From Nitrososphaera sp. (lineage in GTDB: Archaea; Thermoproteota; Nitrososphaeria; Nitrososphaerales; Nitrososphaeraceae): 33,520 nt of DNA. Below are positions 27,215 through 33,520 of this stretch, piece by piece. Position 1 is the first letter of the stretch. The number at the start of each line of letters is the position of its first letter. Under the pieces are notes generated by a model. The model saw only the letters and a program-made list of their open reading frames with translations, was not told the origin of the DNA and did no database searches. Made by a program: the position numbers and the translations under genes. The stretch spans positions 1 through 33,520 of the forward strand of contig DATEIL010000300.1 of NCBI GenBank assembly GCA_035279085.1, written 5' to 3'.

Positions 27215-27745
27215 ATGCGGGCAAAGATGGCTGACAGCAGTTTCATTGCAGATGCCAATTTTTCAAAATCCCAAGATAGCGTTAGGGCAGACCAGCCACT
27301 GACGCTGAGTCTCAGCTTCAAGATCAACGGGGCGATAAGGGATGCCTTTTCGCAAAAGAACTGGGAGCGTGCCTACAACAAACACGACAACGGCTTTCGA
27401 ATGACAATCGAAGTTGATGTCAAGTCCGGAAGGAAGGTGGTGCTTCCGCTAAAGTTTGTCAGAAAGGCCGCGCTGTTCTGGACCCGAAACCCCAAGATCC
27501 CACACAGGATCTGGGTATCCATTGTAAAGGACGACACGCCTTTCTACCCGCTCACAGTAGAGGAGGCCCAGTCGCAACTCTTTGACGTAAACAAGGTAAT
27601 CGAACTTTCTGGAAGCGACCTTGATTCCGGTTCGCACAAGCTGCATGCAGAAATCCGCGTTTCGTGGGGCAAGCACGACTATACTGAGGCTTCAGAGATA
27701 AAGGCTAGATCGAATGAGCTTGATCTGATGCGCGTGGCTGCCTGA
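27215..27745 (+). CDS. Hypothetical protein, divergent from rpo11
   Basis: About 175 aa from ATG 27215 or 27227. The upstream part of the 350-aa ORF is antisense to rpo11/tfs and is probably not translated. Confidence 0.75.
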   Translation: MRAKMADSSFIADANFSKSQDSVRADQPLTLSLSFKINGAIRDAFSQKNWERAYNKHDNGFRMTIEVDVKSGRKVVLPLKFVRKAALFWTRNPKIPHRIWVSIVKDDTPFYPLTVEEAQSQLFDVNKVIELSGSDLDSGSHKLHAEIRVSWGKHDYTEASEIKARSNELDLMRVAA

Positions 27746-27798
27746 CCGATCAACCGGCCGACTGACCGATTGGTTCGTAGTAATAATAATAGTTGCAC

Positions 27799-28029
27799 AT
27801 GGATCGAGAAAGGGTAATTACAATCCTTATCCTGATCGGACTTTTTGGCGGTCTGATAGGCGGACCCATTGCGAGCCTCGCCGACTACTACGCGCCCCCT
27901 GAAAGGAGATTCTGGATTTTCATAATCCCTGAGTTCATCGGGTTTGCTAGCCTTGTCTTGATGGTGATCTATGGCAAGTCAAAGAAAAAGAAGGAAGGGG
28001 CAGATGATGAGAAGGACAATCGAGAATGA
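27799..28029 (+). CDS. Small membrane protein (two hydrophobic segments, IPEF motif, charged tail)
   Basis: VITILILIGLFGGLIGG and FWIFIIPEFIGFASLVLMVIYG-KSKKKK. Confidence 0.7.
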   Translation: MDRERVITILILIGLFGGLIGGPIASLADYYAPPERRFWIFIIPEFIGFASLVLMVIYGKSKKKKEGADDEKDNRE

Positions 28030-28090
28030 ACGAATAAATGAATGATTCAACCCGGACGATTTATAAGCGAAAAATGCGGATCAAACTCCA

Positions 28091-29161
28091 ATGCAGACGA
28101 GCAGCCCTGGAAAGGACGCTGAACTTGCGGTTCCTCTGCCCAACGGCAGGGTAAAGTGTACGGCCTGCGCTAGATACTGCGAGATACCTGAAGGCAAGAT
28201 AGGTCTCTGCGGCGTCCGAGGAGTTGTCAACAACAAGCTGCGTCTGTTTGTGTACGGCAGGGTGATGACAGGGCAAATTGATCCAATAGAGAAAAAGCCC
28301 GTAACTCATTACATGCCCGGCAGCGACATCTACTCGATAGCGACGACAGGCTGTTCATGGATTTGCCAATATTGTCAGAACTATGACATTTCCCAGAGGC
28401 GAAAAGTCGAAGGCGTGGAGATGACGCCCGAGCAGATCGCAGAGGCGGCTGCATCACATGGTGCACAGGGAATCGCTTACACCTACAACGAACCATCGAT
28501 TTTCATTGAATTTGCAAGGGATTGTGGAATCGAGGCCCACAAGCGCGGCATCTTTAACGTCTTTGTATCAAATGGTTATGATACTCCAGACTCTGTCAAA
28601 ATGATGGATGAATTTTTGGATTGCATCACAGTCGATTTCAAGGGTAGTGGCAAACAAGAGTTTGTCAGACGCTACATCGGCATACCAAATTCCGATCCTG
28701 TATTTCAGACATTAAAAGAGATCAAGAGCAAGACAAAGATCCATGTCGAAATCACTGACCTGATCGTTCCAAGAGTGGGTGATGACTTGGACTCTGCCAG
28801 AAATCTCTGCAGGTTCGTATACGACGAGCTAGGCCCGGAAACGCCAATCCACTTTCTACGATTCCATCCTGATTACAAGATGATGGAGTTTGAAGCAACG
28901 CCAGTGCAGACACTGGAAAAGCACCATGCAATTGCAAAGGAGGCCGGACTCAAGTACGCCTACCTAGGTAACGTGCCCGGGCACCCGCTTGAACACACAT
29001 ACTGTCCAGGCTGCAAAAATGTCGCCATCGGGCGCTATGGATACACAATAACTGCTTGGAACTTGGATTCTCAGAACAGGTGCAAGGCTTGCGGACACCC
29101 AATCCCTATAGTTGGCACGATCCGCCGGAACCGCAAGACCCGGTTTCAGTTCATATCCTGA
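28091..29161 (+). CDS. amrS: AmmeMemoRadiSam system radical SAM enzyme (PFL-activase-like)
   Basis: CTACARYC...GLCGVR; IDPIEKKP; CSWICQYCQNYDISQ (CxxxCxxC); AYTYNEP; C-terminal CPGC...CKACG. Confidence 0.9.
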   Translation: MQTSSPGKDAELAVPLPNGRVKCTACARYCEIPEGKIGLCGVRGVVNNKLRLFVYGRVMTGQIDPIEKKPVTHYMPGSDIYSIATTGCSWICQYCQNYDISQRRKVEGVEMTPEQIAEAAASHGAQGIAYTYNEPSIFIEFARDCGIEAHKRGIFNVFVSNGYDTPDSVKMMDEFLDCITVDFKGSGKQEFVRRYIGIPNSDPVFQTLKEIKSKTKIHVEITDLIVPRVGDDLDSARNLCRFVYDELGPETPIHFLRFHPDYKMMEFEATPVQTLEKHHAIAKEAGLKYAYLGNVPGHPLEHTYCPGCKNVAIGRYGYTITAWNLDSQNRCKACGHPIPIVGTIRRNRKTRFQFIS

Positions 29162-29205
29162 ACTTCATTAGCTTAAAATTGCGCTCTGTAAAACGAGCCC
29201 TTACT

Positions 29206-29279
29206 GGGGTCGTTGTCTAGCTTGGTATGATGCCAGCCTTGGGCGCTGGAGGCCGCTGGTTCGAATCCGGCCGACCCCA
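29206..29279 (+). tRNA. tRNA-Pro(TGG)
   Basis: GGGGTCG/CGACCCC acceptor stem; CCAGC-CT TGG GC-GCTGG anticodon arm; GGTTCGAATCC T loop. Confidence 0.96.
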
Positions 29280-29607
29280 CTTTTTCAAAATTCATTATGC
29301 TATACCGGGCTTCATTCTGTGCTGATCCGTAAACCCCACTGAAATGGAGCAGGCTTTAGCGGATCTTAATCTCGGTTTCCTTTCTTGACCTGCGAACATA
29401 ATCGCGCGTCTGAATAATTTCAAGCCGCCGGTCAAGAGATCGCTACTGCTATTCTTGCCAGGAGCTAGTGGGATCAACTCTGTCAAAATTCAAGTGCTCA
29501 AAAATGGCGCAAAAGCCAGAAATCTCCTATTGTTTTGTTAGTAAGTAACAAACCATATATCATTTCCATATATCTTATTAGATTCCTTCCATTCACTGGA
29601 TCTAATA

Positions 29608-30969
29608 ATGTCTGAATCGAGGATCAAACTAGGCTATTCCAAAATGATGGGTATTGTACTGTTCGTCCTTTTGATCGCGGCCCCAGTTTCTTTTATGCTT
29701 AGGCCAGCCAGTGCACAAAGCGATGAAGTAAACTCCTCCGCAGAGACGAATACTCGGTTCCTCTTGCTAGAGAAGCCTAGTCCGTCTTATGCCAAGCTCG
29801 ACATCTATATTCAGCGTAGCACCGACAATGGAGACTCATGGGAAGACCCGATTAACCTGAGTTCTAACTCGGGCCAGTCATTCAGATCCGAGATCCTCGT
29901 TTCGGGCTCTAACGTTTACGTCGTCTGGGTTCAAGAGAGTTCGGACGGAACCAAGTCTGATGTCTATTTTAGAGGAAGTGTAAACGATGGCCAATCATGG
30001 GGCTCAAAGATCAAATTGGGCTCAACGGGAACAAGCTTTGACAGCTCCCCAATTATTGGCGCCTCCGGTTCCGATGTATATGTCGTTTGGGATGACTCCG
30101 GGACGGGAGACATCTACATCAGGAGGAGCACAAACAACGGGGGGACATGGGCCTCAATTTTCAATCTGAGTAGCAACACGGGAAAATCAGACAGTCAAGA
30201 CCTCAGCGTTACAGGCTCAAACGTGTACGTTGTATGGGCCCAGGCCAACGCGGACGGATCTGCTACAGATGTGTTCGTTCGTGACAGCAATGACGATGGC
30301 GCTTCGTGGGGATCCAAGAAGAAGCTGAGTTCTTCAGGCAATGCAGTTGAACCAACAGTTGCGTCTTCTGGCTCGCGTGTCCATGTAGCTTGGCAGGATG
30401 CCAGTGCAGGCAATGGCGACATTCTCCTAAGGACAAGCACTAATGAGGGGGCGAGTTGGGGCTCGGCAAAGAACATGAGCACAGACTCTGCAAGGTCTAG
30501 TTCGCCAGAGCTCGCCACGTCGGGGACGAGTGTTTATCTAGAGTATACAAAGAAAACATCAACCCGAGACTATTCCATTATATTTAGGTCAAGTGCCAAC
30601 AGCGGAGGAACTTGGGGCGGTAAGACAACGCTAGCTACGAGTCATCCTTATGGGATTGGACCTGCGTCAATACTCACTGACGGAAACTATGTACATGTTG
30701 CAATAGAGATAGTAGACAAAGATAACATATTCTTCCTGATGCGCTCTAGTGCAAACAACGGTGCAAGTTTTGGGCCAAGTGTTGACCCATCATCTGGAGA
30801 TTATGTCTTCCGCACTGACATGGTTGTTAGCGGGTCGAACTTGTTCGCTGTTTGGTCGGGATCATCGTTTGTGGATGGAATTGCCCTAGCCAAGAGTACC
30901 GATAACGGTCTCACATGGAGCGACCCGGAATCGGTTGATCCTGATGCCCAACGCGCCCGGATAGCCTGA
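29608..30969 (+). CDS. Secreted BNR/Asp-box repeat beta-propeller (sialidase-like fold)
   Basis: Signal peptide ending ...PASA; eight SxD/NxGxxW/F Asp boxes; repeated SGSNVYVVW strands. Confidence 0.88.
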   Translation: MSESRIKLGYSKMMGIVLFVLLIAAPVSFMLRPASAQSDEVNSSAETNTRFLLLEKPSPSYAKLDIYIQRSTDNGDSWEDPINLSSNSGQSFRSEILVSGSNVYVVWVQESSDGTKSDVYFRGSVNDGQSWGSKIKLGSTGTSFDSSPIIGASGSDVYVVWDDSGTGDIYIRRSTNNGGTWASIFNLSSNTGKSDSQDLSVTGSNVYVVWAQANADGSATDVFVRDSNDDGASWGSKKKLSSSGNAVEPTVASSGSRVHVAWQDASAGNGDILLRTSTNEGASWGSAKNMSTDSARSSSPELATSGTSVYLEYTKKTSTRDYSIIFRSSANSGGTWGGKTTLATSHPYGIGPASILTDGNYVHVAIEIVDKDNIFFLMRSSANNGASFGPSVDPSSGDYVFRTDMVVSGSNLFAVWSGSSFVDGIALAKSTDNGLTWSDPESVDPDAQRARIA

Positions 30970-31210
30970 TAGTAGCAAAAACTTATCCCCATATGCTACT
31001 ATCACCCCAAGCTTTTTCTTTTTGAAGCTGTAGCGATGTGAGAGACTCGTGTCCTCTAGGCAACCAAAAAAGCATGTACATATGTTTCTCCTGCTCAAAG
31101 AACAGGGCCGGGAAATTGGGGCATCGAAACCTGTCAAGTCCACTTTTATTTTACCCTGCCTGATTTCTTCTTGAAACGCTATTAAGCTTGGAAACGAAAT
31201 ATAATCTACC

Positions 31211-31417
31211 ATGAAAGTAGAGCTGGAACTTAGCACAGGGGAAGAAGACGAGTCCGCAGTGATGGACAAGATCTCCGAGATCACGCGGTATGCAAAAGAG
31301 CGCGGGTTCAGAGTTGATGAGATTGAGATAAAACGCGATGACAAGGAGGAGGAAGGAGAGGAAGACGACGAAGAAGAACACTCAGCGAAAGAAGAGGAGG
31401 GGGAGGACGAGGAGTAA
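31211..31417 (+). CDS. Small acidic hypothetical protein
   Basis: 68-aa ORF with a compact N-terminal domain and an Asp/Glu tail; TATTAAG about 30 nt upstream. Confidence 0.65.
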   Translation: MKVELELSTGEEDESAVMDKISEITRYAKERGFRVDEIEIKRDDKEEEGEEDDEEEHSAKEEEGEDEE

Positions 31418-31593
31418 GGCGAGAAGAACAAGGGCAGGAAACAAAAAAAAAGCTTTCATCGTAATAGAGGAACTACCTTCAATTTTATGTTGCGACTAAT
31501 ATCGCGTTATTAGAACCGAGTTTTCAGACGACGGAAGATGATAATTGTTTGCAGAAAACGAAAATGAAAAAGAAAAGAAAGAGAGAAGGGGTT

Positions 31594-32244
31594 TTAGTCC
31601 CACTTACTCCACGCGGCCATCCAGCGGTATGTCCACGTGTTAAGCTTTGCACCTAGCGCAGCGATCGGCACTGTCAGCACCGCTCCTGCTCCTGAGCCCA
31701 AGGCTACAGGACTGTTGTAGAACTTTCCTACCTGGGGCTCGATCGGAGTCATATATGCGGGCAGTGTCGGTCTCGGATACTTGAAGGCCACCTCCAATGG
31801 ATCTCTGATGAGAAGCAGGTTGACCATGTTGAACAGCGGGAACGATAAGCCAACCAGTGTTCCACCAATGATTATGGCGGCGTGCTTGTTTCTCCTTGTT
31901 GCCCAGTAAGTTAGGTCTAACAGCATTGCCGAAGGTATCCACACAGGAACTACAATGAAGTCGTACGGGTAGCCCAGTGCGAACCATGCACCCTTTGCAA
32001 CCCAAGTGTAGATCGTCATTATAGTTGCATAGTACGTGGCCGTTCCGGGAACTCCAGTGAAGAGCATATAGTAGATTGCTCCTACTGCAAGCATCGTGGA
32101 CTGTGATACTGAGAATACCACAAAAGAGGTCCACGCCCAGTCTGTGTAGAAAATATAGTCTCCTGCGTTGATTGTCAGCAGCGTGCTGTTGACAGCAACC
32201 ACCACTATGAACAAGTAGTGCGTTGTACGTCTAAGCCAGACCAT
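31594..32244 (-). CDS. amoA: Ammonia monooxygenase subunit A
   Basis: MVWLRRTTHYLFIVVVAVNSTLLTINAGDYIFYTDWAW...WTYRWMAAWSKWD, 216 aa; a typical archaeal AmoA. Confidence 0.99.
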   Translation of the reverse strand: MVWLRRTTHYLFIVVVAVNSTLLTINAGDYIFYTDWAWTSFVVFSVSQSTMLAVGAIYYMLFTGVPGTATYYATIMTIYTWVAKGAWFALGYPYDFIVVPVWIPSAMLLDLTYWATRRNKHAAIIIGGTLVGLSFPLFNMVNLLLIRDPLEVAFKYPRPTLPAYMTPIEPQVGKFYNSPVALGSGAGAVLTVPIAALGAKLNTWTYRWMAAWSKWD

Positions 32245-32422
32245 TATCTACCCAGACAGATAGGTAGTATATAAAATTTTATGTAAGGCCTGGACCAGTG
32301 CGAAATTCGAACATTAGAACAGCGGAAAAGTAAGACGCGGAGAAAAGAGTGTTGTGTCAGAGTTTCAATGTATATGTGATAAAACGAAGAAAAGAAAGAA
32401 AGAAGAGAGAGAGCGAGTTGGC

Positions 32423-32725
32423 CTAAGCCCTGACTGGTTTCTCGCCGGCGACCTTCATGATGAAGAAGAACCCGAGTGCCTCTATCACTGTCAGGACAGA
32501 AAGCGCATAGAGTCCGCTAGGCAACGGGTATGCCCAAGGGTACACTGTAACACCGACATAGATTCCCCCTGCGGTTGCTGCCCAGCACAACGCAAAGCCA
32601 ATGATGTATACGCCTTTCATATTTTCGACTCTTCGGCCGATCATGCGTTCAATGTCATCACGGCTTTCGCCTCCGCCGCCACCGCTTCTACGACCACCAC
32701 TTCCGTATCCCTTTGGTAAAGTCAT
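32423..32725 (-). CDS. amoX: Ammonia monooxygenase subunit X
   Basis: MTLPKGYG...DIERMIGRRVEN, two TM segments, YPWAYP motif; directly upstream of amoA. Confidence 0.88.
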   Translation of the reverse strand: MTLPKGYGSGGRRSGGGGGESRDDIERMIGRRVENMKGVYIIGFALCWAATAGGIYVGVTVYPWAYPLPSGLYALSVLTVIEALGFFFIMKVAGEKPVRA

Positions 32726-32859
32726 TTGCTATACCATCAGGATATGCCTTTTTAAATTTTGCTGTTAGGCTTCAAGGAGACGGCACCGGGTGGGCGGAAT
32801 TCGTCGCAGGTGCAAAAAAACAAGAGGGGAAAAAGAGTGGTTGAGAGGGGACCCTAACC

Positions 32860-33519
32860 TTAGAGGGCGTCCCTTCGCCCAAATAGGCTGCCAACCCCTG
32901 ACGTTTTTGACCTAGTCAAAACTACTAGCGTGCCAATGATTGCAGCAGCTACTATTGCAGCTCCTAGCGGAAACTCGGGCACTACGGCGATGTTGAAATC
33001 CGCAGCTTCCGTGAAGGTTCCGCCGCCAACGGGATTGCCGCTTATTGCGATAAGCGTCACACTCACTGTGGCCGGACCTGCGTCTCCGAATGTAACCTCA
33101 TGCGTTCCTGTGCCAAGCTCTGCGTTCTGGTTCTTGAACTCCTTGATGACATTTCCCTGAGCGTCCTTTACGGTAAAGTCATAGCTTACGCGCTCTAGCG
33201 GGAATCCTCCCCTCTCCGTCATTGTGACTCCAAAGACTACAGTCGCGCCTGGCTGGATTTCGGCAGGCTCCCAGTCGATCTCAATATCATAAGTCCCGCG
33301 GGCCGTGGTCTTTGAAAGTGGAGGGGTTATGGCCCTTACCTCTGACTCTGGAATGTCCGGCTCGCCCATACCTGTCGCCAAGAGCTCAAACGCGAACAGC
33401 GTAGGAGCTTGCCCCTGAGTTACATCCGCATAGGTCTGGGCCTTGATTGGATATGGAAAATTATTCGCAATCCATATGTCGCTGTCGGTGCTCTTGTGCC
33501 AGCCGATTACCGTAGTATC
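32860..33519 (-). CDS. Surface protein with a PEF(G)-CTERM-like sorting signal (5' end lies outside the window)
   Basis: The frame is open to the window edge (DTTVIGWHKSTDSDIWIANNFPYPIKA...). Ig-like beta-rich region, then VVPEFP, a TM segment and basic residues. Confidence 0.85.
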   Translation of the reverse strand, partial: DTTVIGWHKSTDSDIWIANNFPYPIKAQTYADVTQGQAPTLFAFELLATGMGEPDIPESEVRAITPPLSKTTARGTYDIEIDWEPAEIQPGATVVFGVTMTERGGFPLERVSYDFTVKDAQGNVIKEFKNQNAELGTGTHEVTFGDAGPATVSVTLIAISGNPVGGGTFTEAADFNIAVVPEFPLGAAIVAAAIIGTLVVLTRSKTSGVGSLFGRRDAL

Positions 33520-33520
33520 A

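Noticed and set aside
29280-29600. Integrase or att site after tRNA-Pro
   Set aside because: No recombinase motif and no repeat of the tRNA 3' end was found by eye.

Overview
A 33.5-kb chromosomal segment of an ammonia-oxidising archaeon, most consistent with Nitrososphaerales (Nitrososphaera-like). amoC, amoB and amoA-amoX lie dispersed over about 18 kb among housekeeping genes. These include rpl12, rpl21e-rpo4-DUF655-rsmA-hemK, radA, cbiH/cobJ, aspartate kinase, rpo11-tfs-PCNA and an AmmeMemoRadiSam radical SAM enzyme. There are three tRNAs: Ala-TGC with a 23-nt intron, Ile-GAT and Pro-TGG. The left third is accessory. It holds three paralogous RTX/hemolysin-type Ca2+-binding repeat proteins (two complete at about 800 aa with Sec-like signal peptides, one cut by the window edge), each built from Cys-capped modules. 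The paralogs show signs of gene conversion and module shuffling, a shared promoter box and a covarying stem-loop over the stop codon. Three unannotated pseudogenes are visible: aIF-1A, a histidine kinase and a GNAT acetyltransferase. No CRISPR array, integrase or intact transposase was seen. All family calls come from motif recognition by eye, not from database searches.
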